Below are positions 27,908 through 35,443 of a stretch of 38,430 bases of DNA, piece after piece; within the stretch, counting starts at the first letter, position 1, and the number at the start of each line of letters is the position of its first letter. The notes below the pieces were generated by a model. That model ran no database searches. It was not told the DNA's origin and was given only the letters and a program-made list of their open reading frames with translations. The stretch comes from a virus (taxonomy: Duplodnaviria > Heunggongvirae > Uroviricota > Caudoviricetes). The translations under genes and the position numbers were made by a program. The stretch is from the IMG/VR virus record IMGVR_UViG_2778261428_000003, positions 1 to 38,430 of that record. One strand, written 5' to 3'.

Positions 27908-28845
27908 CCCCTGAATCCTGCCGGGATCTGGCTGTAGTCCACGTTGTCGTAACTGGATTTGAAATACGGGTCTTCGCGTTTTTCTGTGTATGTGCTGATG
28001 GACGGCGATAAGCGCAGGGAAAGCTCATCCCATTTTTCCCGCAGCTTCGACGGGCTGAGCACGTTACGGCACCAGAACGGATCGCGGCTGACGCGGCTGT
28101 ACATCTCGCAGATTTGTTTGTGAGTACGACCATCCTGCACACACATCAGGCGAATTTCGTTTGCCCAGGCTGTCCAGTTCGGTTCTTTGGGACGAACCAC
28201 CTCGCCGTCACATTCGGCGGCCTGCTCGTACAGGGCGATGATTTTTTTCCAGAGCCACTGTGCGCAGGTCAAATCATCCTGCGTTCCCCACTGGCGCTTT
28301 TTAGGGCTGAATACAACCGCATCAGGATGGCGAGTTAAAAACTCCTGTTCAGCCGTCTGCGTGTCCGGTTGCGAAGCGTCCGGACGAGAAGTTTTTTTAT
28401 CTGACGGATCATGTTTTGATTTTACTGACGGATCCCCGCCAGATTCTGACGGGTGAAAACCCGCTTTTTTGCCAGATTTCGACGCATCAAATTTTGACGG
28501 GTCAGATTTTGATGCGTCAGATTTTGACGGGTCAGAATCTGACAGTTGAGAAAATGCCGCTGCCTGAAGCTTCGCAACGTTAAGCTGATAAACATTCGAC
28601 GCATTGCGGTTACCCTGGCGACGCGCCTTACGCGTTAACCAGCCTTCTGCTTCCAGCCGTGCGATAGCCGTTCTGACGGTACTCATCCCCGCGCCAATCT
28701 GACGGGCAATGGTTTCAATTGATGGCCAGCACACACCTTCGTCATTACTGAAATCAGCCAGGCGGGCCATAATTGCCACGCTGGATAATTTCATGCCTGA
28801 CGCAGCGCAACCATCCCATACATAGCCGGTTAATTTAGTGCTCAT
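27904..28845 (-). CDS. Replication initiation protein (lambda O-like) containing the origin iterons
   Basis: N-terminal HTH; central low-complexity SDPSKSDASKSDPSKFDASKS encoded by tandem DNA repeats. Confidence 0.7.
   Translation of the reverse strand: MSTKLTGYVWDGCAASGMKLSSVAIMARLADFSNDEGVCWPSIETIARQIGAGMSTVRTAIARLEAEGWLTRKARRQGNRNASNVYQLNVAKLQAAAFSQLSDSDPSKSDASKSDPSKFDASKSGKKAGFHPSESGGDPSVKSKHDPSDKKTSRPDASQPDTQTAEQEFLTRHPDAVVFSPKKRQWGTQDDLTCAQWLWKKIIALYEQAAECDGEVVRPKEPNWTAWANEIRLMCVQDGRTHKQICEMYSRVSRDPFWCRNVLSPSKLREKWDELSLRLSPSISTYTEKREDPYFKSSYDNVDYSQIPAGFRG
28395..28550. repeat. Iteron array (about 8 copies of an AGATTTTGACGGGTC-like 15-mer): candidate phage origin of replication
   Basis: Direct repeats visible: atctgacggatc, tttactgacggatcc, agattctgacgggtg, agatttcgacgcatc, aaattttgacgggtc, agattttgatgcgtc, agattttgacgggtc, agaatctgacagttg. 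Confidence 0.55.
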
Positions 28846-28854
28846 GACCGACCT

Positions 28855-29193
28855 CTATTTCCCTGAATTTACGACGAAACTGTTCGAGCGGGCTGAAGCA
28901 CTCATGCTCATAGCCTTCACGGAGGTAGATAACCCGTTGTGTTTCCGGCTCCCAACGAATGACTCTGACGGGCACTCCGTAGTGATCTTTGAACCAGCGG
29001 TTAACTTGTCGCAAAGGACTGTCTCCTTCTGCCGGTTGAAATCACCCACAGCCCACTCTGCAAAGCTGTGGGTTACAATTTCCCTGTCACCTGGTACATT
29101 TACTGCATAGCAATACTCCACCTTCGCTTTTCCACCCGGTACAGGAAGCGCAATCAGTTGCGAGCGACGGTAGTGTGTTGTTAAACTGTTCAT
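28855..29193 (-). CDS. Hypothetical protein (112 aa)
   Basis: Fills the gap between CII-like and O-like genes with tight packing; no recognised motif. Confidence 0.3.
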   Translation of the reverse strand: MNSLTTHYRRSQLIALPVPGGKAKVEYCYAVNVPGDREIVTHSFAEWAVGDFNRQKETVLCDKLTAGSKITTECPSESFVGSRKHNGLSTSVKAMSMSASARSNSFVVNSGK

Positions 29194-29753
29194 GCGTTAG
29201 TTTCTCCACAGTCACGACACGCCACGGCGCCCGGAGCTGCACACTCGCGGGCGTCATTACTTTCTGAAATGCAAAAAATTTTGTAGACCAGTGCTGCATG
29301 CTCTTGCAGCTTCGAAATTGAGAGGTACAGCTCGTCGTTAATTGCTGTCTTCTCATGCGGTTCCACTACACCGTCTTCAATTGCTGAACGAATCTGTTTT
29401 GAATAACTGCCGATCTGTTCAATGACCTCCAGCAGGCGTTGGTTGATATCGGCGTTGTCCACATCCTCGACATCAGGAAGAGACACAAAGACGCCATTTG
29501 CAGACTGCGCCACAGCGTCAGCAATGAAGTGAGTTCCACCAGCACGTTGCAAAATCATTGCCCATCCCAGCGGGAAAATCTGATCGCCATCGGCACGAAG
29601 GCGGTTAAATAATGCGTTCTCTGTTACATCCAGCCAGTCAGCTGCTTCAGCGTAACCACCCGGCAACTTTGCGATAGTTTTTCTGACAGCTTTCACGTAC
29701 CACTCAGGCTGTTTTTCTACTTTCCAGTGATGCTTACCCACGGTTAGCCTCAT
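29190..29753 (-). CDS. CII-like / YdaT-like early regulatory protein
   Basis: 187 aa directly downstream of cro-like gene. Confidence 0.4.
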   Translation of the reverse strand: MRLTVGKHHWKVEKQPEWYVKAVRKTIAKLPGGYAEAADWLDVTENALFNRLRADGDQIFPLGWAMILQRAGGTHFIADAVAQSANGVFVSLPDVEDVDNADINQRLLEVIEQIGSYSKQIRSAIEDGVVEPHEKTAINDELYLSISKLQEHAALVYKIFCISESNDARECAAPGAVACRDCGETNA

Positions 29754-29784
29754 CGTTCTGTGGTTAAAAATTGAAAGTGTTCTG

Positions 29785-29985
29785 CTAATCTTTCGGATAG
29801 ATATCCGGTCTTAAGTCAGATTTCGTAATTGCACCTGACGTGCATTGCTCAAGTTTTTTAGCCAGCACAAAACTGGCTTTTTTATAGCCATTGAAAACCA
29901 GCCGTAAGTAGCCAGGTGTTGAGCCAACTTTTCCGGCCAACTCGCCCTGCTGTTCTTTGGTTAAAGAGTCCCAATACGCTTTCAT
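29785..29985 (-). CDS. cro: Cro-like repressor (YdaS family)
   Basis: 67 aa, MKAYWDSLTKEQQGELAGKVGSTPGYLRLVFNGYKKASFVLAKKLEQCTSGAITKSDLRPDIYP; GGAGG upstream; divergent from cI. Confidence 0.65.
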   Translation of the reverse strand: MKAYWDSLTKEQQGELAGKVGSTPGYLRLVFNGYKKASFVLAKKLEQCTSGAITKSDLRPDIYPKD

Positions 29986-30075
29986 ACAATGTGTACCTCC
30001 GGTGTACATATTACATGATTGAAATGAACCTTCAAGATACTTGTACCTTAACGGTACAAGGGTTTTAATTTCGTT
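29986..30075. promoter_or_regulatory. Immunity-region operator/promoter (OR-like): divergent pR and pRM candidates
   Basis: Palindrome cTTGTACC-ttaac-GGTACAAg at 30040-30060 and second tgtacc-containing site at 29991-30009; minus-strand TTGAAG-N16-TAATAT candidate promoter for cro. Confidence 0.6.
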
Positions 30076-30750
30076 ATGAAAACAATCCATGACATCCGGC
30101 GGTCTAACGCCAGAAAACTGAGAGATGGTGTTGGCGGGAATTCTTCCTTTGCCACTATGATTGATCGCGAGCCAACCCAGACCAGCAGGTTTATGGGAGA
30201 TGGTGCTACTAAAAATATCGGTGACAGCATGGCACGACACATCGAAAAATGTTTCGACCTGCCTGTCGGATGGCTCGATCAAGAACACCAGACAACGAAC
30301 ATCACAAAAAAACCTGATGTTTCAATCACTAATAAACAAATCACATTAGTCCCTGTCATATCATGGGTACAGGCCGGAGCATGGAAAGAAGTTGGATATT
30401 CTGAGGTTGATTTGAGCACAGCAGAAACGTATCCCTGCCCTGTACCCTGTGGGGAAATGACTTATATCTTGCGGGTGATAGGTGATTCAATGATTGATGA
30501 GTACCGCCCGGGAGACATGATTTTTGTCGATCCTGAAGTACCTGCCTGCCACGGTGACGACGTTATTGCATTGATGCACGATACAGGCGAAACCACCTTC
30601 AAAAGGTTGATAGAAGATGGGACACAGCGTTATCTCAAAGCGTTAAACCCAAACTGGCCTGAGCCTTACATTAAGATCAACGGTAATTGCTCTATAATTG
30701 GTACAGTGATTTTCTCAGGAAAACCAAGAAGATACAAAATCAAAGCCTAA
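30076..30750 (+). CDS. cI: CI-like repressor (HTH + S24 LexA-type peptidase)
   Basis: C-terminal GDSM ... K dyad of S24 peptidases; N-terminal XRE-like HTH; no Shine-Dalgarno (possibly leaderless). Confidence 0.8.
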   Translation: MKTIHDIRRSNARKLRDGVGGNSSFATMIDREPTQTSRFMGDGATKNIGDSMARHIEKCFDLPVGWLDQEHQTTNITKKPDVSITNKQITLVPVISWVQAGAWKEVGYSEVDLSTAETYPCPVPCGEMTYILRVIGDSMIDEYRPGDMIFVDPEVPACHGDDVIALMHDTGETTFKRLIEDGTQRYLKALNPNWPEPYIKINGNCSIIGTVIFSGKPRRYKIKA

Positions 30751-30762
30751 TCAATGTTTATG

Positions 30763-30787
30763 AACCTGCTTCGGCAGGTTTTTTTAT
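30763..30787 (+). terminator. Rho-independent terminator after cI
   Basis: aacctgc-ttcg-gcaggtt followed by TTTTTTT. Confidence 0.65.
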
Positions 30788-30789
30788 AC

Positions 30790-30823
30790 TTGACAATGTA
30801 CCTTTGAGATACATAATGTACCC
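30790..30823 (+). promoter_or_regulatory. Strong sigma70-like promoter with overlapping operator half-sites (pL/OL candidate)
   Basis: TTGACA (30790-30795), 16-bp spacer, CATAAT (30812-30817); AATGTACC repeated at 30795-30802 and 30815-30822, same half-site as OR. Confidence 0.55.
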
Positions 30824-30943
30824 AACCGAAACAACGAACAGGCAGGACGCCCACGAAGTAGCCGCCTGGGGCATATGAAGTCCAGGATGATTCGTTGAGT
30901 CATGTTGTGCCACTAGGCACTCATGTTAAAGCAGGTGTATGAA

Positions 30944-31219
30944 ATGAAAGTCCAGATTTTAAACAATAACTGTGAAGTCGTTTGGTCATACGACATAGCC
31001 GCCCCTGTAGATCAGAGCGGCGATAGCTGGACCAATGGGAAACATCAGATTATGGCTGGAGTTGTGTTCTCTTTACGCCGTGCTTTGGAACAGGCTGAAG
31101 TATTTCCATCAGACCCTGAATGGAAATGGCCTTTTTCTATTTGTCCAAATTCTGAGAGTACATTTCAGAAAATTGGTCAGAAAGTCGCACTCGAAGAGCA
31201 TCAGCCAACTGTTTCCTGA
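30944..31219 (+). CDS. Hypothetical 91-aa protein, first gene downstream of the pL candidate
   Basis: Start set at ATG 30944 (MKVQIL...) preceded by AGGTG; ORF-track start 30923 lacks a Shine-Dalgarno. Confidence 0.4.
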   Translation: MKVQILNNNCEVVWSYDIAAPVDQSGDSWTNGKHQIMAGVVFSLRRALEQAEVFPSDPEWKWPFSICPNSESTFQKIGQKVALEEHQPTVS

Positions 31220-31382
31220 TTTTTTCAGGTAACTCGTCGGCATCGCAGAAACAACAACGATCGATCATGTTGAAAGCCGATTCGTAAAACTGTTTCTGCT
31301 GAGTGTCGCTGAGACAGGAAAAGAGCGACGTTACGATGATTTTATTAATTGCATTATCAAGTTCTTTTTCATCAAAAGTCAT
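31137..31382 (-). CDS. Hypothetical 81-aa protein, convergent and overlapping
   Basis: ORF in locally AT-rich DNA; overlaps the 3' end of 30944..31219 by about 80 nt. Confidence 0.3.
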   Translation of the reverse strand: MTFDEKELDNAINKIIVTSLFSCLSDTQQKQFYESAFNMIDRCCFCDADELPEKIRKQLADALRVRLSDQFSEMYSQNLDK

Positions 31383-31681
31383 TTGATTTTCCTTTTATGT
31401 ATACGGGCTTAAAAGGATACCACCGAGCCTGAAGTGGTGAAAAGACAGGCACATAACAGCTAAGTATTTTCAACCAGAGAGAATCCTTAGCGTTGTGGTG
31501 AATGCGGCTCAGCGCACGCGGGTTAAGGTTGAGGCTGACAGTCGACCTTCTGTGGATACCCACCCGTCTGGTGTGCAACCTTCGCCAGGCACCGGGAGGC
31601 ACCCGGCACCACAACTTTATGCTGTGCGTAGTCCTGGCGGTACCAGTTTGTACCCTTGCTTCCGGCTGGTACCGTCCTTTT

Positions 31682-31770
31682 TACAAAACAGAGAAGAGCA
31701 TCACCGGACGACGGGCTCATAACCCAATCCATCCGGGCGGCTGCCACCGCAGGTGTTCTTCTCTGTTTTG
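31682..31770 (+). other. Long inverted repeat (18-bp stem) in the untranslated leader upstream of yfdP-like gene
   Basis: acaaaacagagaagagca ... tgttcttctctgttttgt (one G-U), enclosing about 50 nt of GC-rich sequence. Confidence 0.5.
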
Positions 31771-31819
31771 TGGAGAAACCAACCGGCCTTGCAGGGTCGA
31801 TATGATGAGGAGCAGCAAA

Positions 31820-32182
31820 ATGGCTAGCGAACGCAGTACTGATGTGCAGGCATTTATCGGGGAGCTGGACGGCGGCGTATTTGAAACCAAAATCGGCGCA
31901 GTTCTCAGTGAAGTCGCTTCCGGTGTGATGAACACGAAAACCAAAGGTAAGGTCTCGCTCAACCTGGAAATCGAACCATTTGATGAGAACCGTGTGAAAA
32001 TCAAACACAAACTCTCATATGTTCGCCCGACTAACCGTGGGAAAATTTCCGAAGAAGACACCACCGAAACGCCGATGTATGTCAATCGCGGTGGTCGCCT
32101 GACTATTCTGCAGGAAGACCAGGGACAATTACTGACTCTTGCCGGTGAGCCTGACGGAAAACTCCGCGCAGCAGGTCATTAA
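31820..32182 (+). CDS. yfdP: YfdP-like prophage protein (120 aa)
   Basis: Start at ATG 31820 (MASERSTDVQAFIGELDGG...); gene order matches CPS-53 yfdPQRST block from memory. Confidence 0.55.
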   Translation: MASERSTDVQAFIGELDGGVFETKIGAVLSEVASGVMNTKTKGKVSLNLEIEPFDENRVKIKHKLSYVRPTNRGKISEEDTTETPMYVNRGGRLTILQEDQGQLLTLAGEPDGKLRAAGH

Positions 32183-32247
32183 TATCGTTCTTAATTAACT
32201 GATTATTTATCTCATCACTGAATATCTTAATATAGTGAGGACTTATT

Positions 32248-33072
32248 ATGTCTCAGAACTTAGACGCAACTGCAATTAATCAAATCCATGCCCTTATTTC
32301 TGCTCAGGGTGTTAATGAAATTATCAGTAAGATTGGTGCCGATGCTGTGGCATTGCCTGAGAATTTCCGCATTCATGATCTGGAAAAATTTAATTTAAAT
32401 CGCTTCCGTTTCCGTGGTGCGCTTTCCACTGCCAGCATCGATGACTTTACCCGTTATTCTAAAGATCTTGCAGATGAAGGCACCCGCTGCTTTATCGATG
32501 CTGATAATATGCGTGCCGTCAGTGTACTTAACCTGGGTACTATTGATGAACCAGGTCACGCAGATAACACCGCCACTCTCAAACTGAAAAAGACAGCACC
32601 GTTCTCTGCCCTGTTGTCTGTTAACGGCGAGCGTAACTCCCAGAAGTCACTGGCAGAATGGATTGAAGACTGGGCCGACTACCTTGTGGGCTTTGATGCT
32701 AATGGTGACGCTATTCAGGCAACAAAAGCGGCTGCGGCAGTCCGTAAAATCACGATTGAAGCAAACCAGACCGCTGATTTTGAAGATAATGACTTCAGCG
32801 GCAAACGCTCCCTGATGGAGTCTGTCGAAGCGAAGACCAAAGACATTATGCCAGTGGCATTTGAATTTAAATGCGTTCCGTTTGAAGGCCTTAAAGAACG
32901 TCCGTTTAAATTACGCCTCAACATTATCACTGGCGATCGTCCTGTACTGGTTCTGCGCATTATTCAGCTGGAAGCAGTGCAGGAAGAAATGGCTAACGAA
33001 TTTCGTGATCTGCTTGTTGAGAAATTTAAAGACAGCAAAGTAGAAACCTTTATTGGTACTTTCACCGCCTGA
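32248..33072 (+). CDS. yfdQ: YfdQ-like protein (DUF2303), 274 aa
   Basis: Length and order match CPS-53 yfdQ; recalled similarity. Confidence 0.6.
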   Translation: MSQNLDATAINQIHALISAQGVNEIISKIGADAVALPENFRIHDLEKFNLNRFRFRGALSTASIDDFTRYSKDLADEGTRCFIDADNMRAVSVLNLGTIDEPGHADNTATLKLKKTAPFSALLSVNGERNSQKSLAEWIEDWADYLVGFDANGDAIQATKAAAAVRKITIEANQTADFEDNDFSGKRSLMESVEAKTKDIMPVAFEFKCVPFEGLKERPFKLRLNIITGDRPVLVLRIIQLEAVQEEMANEFRDLLVEKFKDSKVETFIGTFTA

Positions 33073-33084
33073 TTTCATTACTGC

Positions 33085-33106
33085 AAATGCCCCTGCGGGG
33101 GCATTT
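33085..33106 (+). terminator. Terminator/attenuator-like hairpin after yfdQ-like gene
   Basis: aaatgcccc-tgcg-ggggcattt, 9-bp perfect stem; weak T tract. Confidence 0.4.
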
Positions 33107-33187
33107 ATGGAAACATAATTTACTCAATAATCGCCGGATGGTGATGGCTTCCTTTTACCAGAATTCAGCGCGGTACAGCGCATATAC

Positions 33188-33736
33188 GTGGAGAACAATA
33201 TGTCATTTATTAAAACTTTTTCCGGGAAGCATTTTTATTATGACAGGATAAATAAAGACGACATCGTTATTAACGATATCGCGGTTTCCCTTTCAAATAT
33301 CTGTCGCTTTGCAGGACATCTTTCACACTTCTACAGCGTCGCCCAACATGCGGTGCTTTGCAGCCAGCTGGTACCGCAGGAATTTGCTTTTGAAGCGTTA
33401 ATGCATGATGCAACAGAAGCATATTGCCAGGACATCCCCGCACCACTGAAACGCCTTCTTCCTGACTATAAACGGATGGAAGAAAAAATAGACGTCGTCA
33501 TCCGTGAGAAATACGGATTACCCCCGGTTATGAGCACGTCCGTGAAATATGCCGATCTCATCATGCTGGCAACCGAACGCCGCGATCTCGGGCTTGATGA
33601 TGGCTCTTTCTGGCCTGTACTGGAAGGTATCCCGGCGACAGAGATGTTCAAAGTTATTCCACTGTCACCAGGCCATGCCTACGGGATGTTTATGGAACGT
33701 TTTAACGAGTTATCGGAGTTACGCAAATGCGCATGA
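33188..33736 (+). CDS. yfdR: HD-domain phosphohydrolase (YfdR-like)
   Basis: HD motif ...ALMHDATEAY...; 182 aa. Confidence 0.75.
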   Translation: MENNMSFIKTFSGKHFYYDRINKDDIVINDIAVSLSNICRFAGHLSHFYSVAQHAVLCSQLVPQEFAFEALMHDATEAYCQDIPAPLKRLLPDYKRMEEKIDVVIREKYGLPPVMSTSVKYADLIMLATERRDLGLDDGSFWPVLEGIPATEMFKVIPLSPGHAYGMFMERFNELSELRKCA

Positions 33737-34089
33737 ATGTTTTCGAAATGGAAGGGTTTCTTCGCGGGAAATGTGTACCGCGAGATCTGAAAGTGAACGA
33801 AACAAATGCTGAGTACCTGGTACGTAAATTCGATGCGCTTGAAGCTAAATGTGCGGCACTGGAAAACAAAATAATACCAGTGTCAGCTGAACTACCACCA
33901 GCAAATGAAAGTGTTCTGTTATTTGATGCTAACGGAGAAGGCTGGCTGATTGGCTGGCGTTCTCTCTGGTACACCTGGGGACAAAAAGAAACCGGAGAAT
34001 GGCAGTGGACATTTCAGGTCGGGGACATTGAAAGCGTCAATATCACTCACTGGGCAGTAATGCCAAAAGCACCGGAGGCTGGAGCATAA
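33727..34089 (+). CDS. yfdS: YfdS-like hypothetical protein (120 aa)
   Basis: Position and size in yfdPQRST-like block. Confidence 0.5.
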   Translation: MRMNVFEMEGFLRGKCVPRDLKVNETNAEYLVRKFDALEAKCAALENKIIPVSAELPPANESVLLFDANGEGWLIGWRSLWYTWGQKETGEWQWTFQVGDIESVNITHWAVMPKAPEAGA

Positions 34090-34709
34090 TGACCACATTT
34101 ACCGATAAAGAACTGATTAAAGAAATCAAAGAGCGTATCAGCAGCCTAGAGGTTCGAGACGATATTGAGCGCCGTGCTTATGAAATTGCTCTGGCATCGC
34201 TGGAAGAGGAGCCGGTGGCATGGCTACATTCAGACAATGGCTTAGGTATTCCAGCAATAACCAGGAGTAAAAACATTGCTGACAGTTGGTTATCAAAGGG
34301 CTGGTATGTTCAGCCGCTATATATAGCCAAGCCAGTGCCGGTGGTGCCAGATGCTCGTCCGTCTTTAAATAATGGCATAGTCGGTTTTGATGAAGGCTGG
34401 AACGCCTGCCGCGCCACCATGCTTCACGGTGTCAAACCTGTAAGCCAGACTTACAAGTTGAACAAGCTGTCTGGCAACTCTCCGGTAACTCCGGATGGTT
34501 GGATAAGCTGTAGTGAGCGAATGCCGAACGATAAACAATATGTTTGGTGTTGGGGTAAGTCTTACGGCTGGACTGAGTGCGATACCTTCGAAGGGTATTA
34601 CGATTGTTCGAGAAACAAATGGTGGGCAGTTACTGACAATGGGGAAGAACCGGCATCGAAAGTAACCCACTGGATGCCGCTACCGGAACCGACGCAGGAG
34701 GTGAAGTAA
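34089..34709 (+). CDS. DUF551-domain prophage protein (YfdT-like)
   Basis: Trp-rich C-terminus ending ...HWMPLPEP typical of DUF551. Confidence 0.55.
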   Translation: MTTFTDKELIKEIKERISSLEVRDDIERRAYEIALASLEEEPVAWLHSDNGLGIPAITRSKNIADSWLSKGWYVQPLYIAKPVPVVPDARPSLNNGIVGFDEGWNACRATMLHGVKPVSQTYKLNKLSGNSPVTPDGWISCSERMPNDKQYVWCWGKSYGWTECDTFEGYYDCSRNKWWAVTDNGEEPASKVTHWMPLPEPTQEVK

Positions 34710-34903
34710 TGAACAACTTAATGACAACTAAACAAGTCGCCGACTTCTGTGGCGTTTCAGTATCGACAGTTCTTCGCTGGAACAGCGTAAACCGGAGAAC
34801 TGGCCAGAAATACAGACCTGATTTTCCAGATCCTGATATTAAATCATGCCCAAATAAATGGGCGTCACGCAAGATTTACAGGTTTGCAGGAGTTATTGAA
34901 TGA
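34709..34903 (+). CDS. Excisionase / AlpA-like HTH regulator
   Basis: 64 aa, TTKQVADFCGVSVSTVLRW helix-turn-helix, upstream of integrase. Confidence 0.6.
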   Translation: MNNLMTTKQVADFCGVSVSTVLRWNSVNRRTGQKYRPDFPDPDIKSCPNKWASRKIYRFAGVIE

Positions 34904-35443
34904 CGTATGTGAACAGACACGTCTATGGCACGGTCAGCGTCTGTCTGAGCGATACAGGCACGGACGTTGCTATCCACAAGCATTAATTATCAGGAAACTG
35001 GGACCGCTCCCCAAGCATGATGTATTGAAACGAAGACATTTACACAATGATAGAAAAAATACTAAAATAATGATTCAACTCAAAGAGTTGATGTACATAA
35101 AATGCCTCACCGGCATAGGTGAACATTTTCATGGGTGGGGAAAAACATGATGTGGACCACACTTCCCCCTCTAAAAAGAGGGGAAAGAGTATGGTTTTGT
35201 TGTACACTAAAGGCCATATGGTTTTTTATTATGTTTGGATAAGATAAATGAATGTAATAGCATTTAATGAAATAGAATCTAGCATCGCCGCCAATGATCA
35301 GGTTGATTCTATCTGCATTGAATTAACAACATTTAATCAAGATAATGTCATTTCATTTGAAAGTAAAAAGAAAAATAAATAAATTCTTGATGCATTTTTT
35401 GAAATAATAAATACTGATATAGTTTTCGACTAGGTAATTAGCA

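Noticed and set aside
28395-28550. Possible CRISPR-like repeat array
   Set aside because: Repeats are 15-mers, irregular, lack unique spacers and lie inside a coding sequence; they fit origin iterons, not CRISPR
28838-29110. 90-aa plus-strand ORF opposite the minus-strand early operon
   Set aside because: Antisense to the 28855..29193 ORF, which fits operon packing better; neither has a recognisable motif, so the call is weak either way
31502-31819. N-terminal extension of the yfdP-like ORF and other Arg-rich ORFs in the leader (31372..31614 minus, 31495..31722 plus)
   Set aside because: The in-frame ATG at 31820 has a strong GAGGAG site and gives the expected 120-aa product; the region is dominated by RNA-like inverted repeats; the Arg-rich minus-strand ORF is on the wrong strand to be an N-like antiterminator
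34884-35150. 88-aa plus-strand ORF after the excisionase-like gene
   Set aside because: Overlaps the xis end, has no ribosome-binding site, and runs into the AT-rich non-coding region; more likely regulatory or sRNA space
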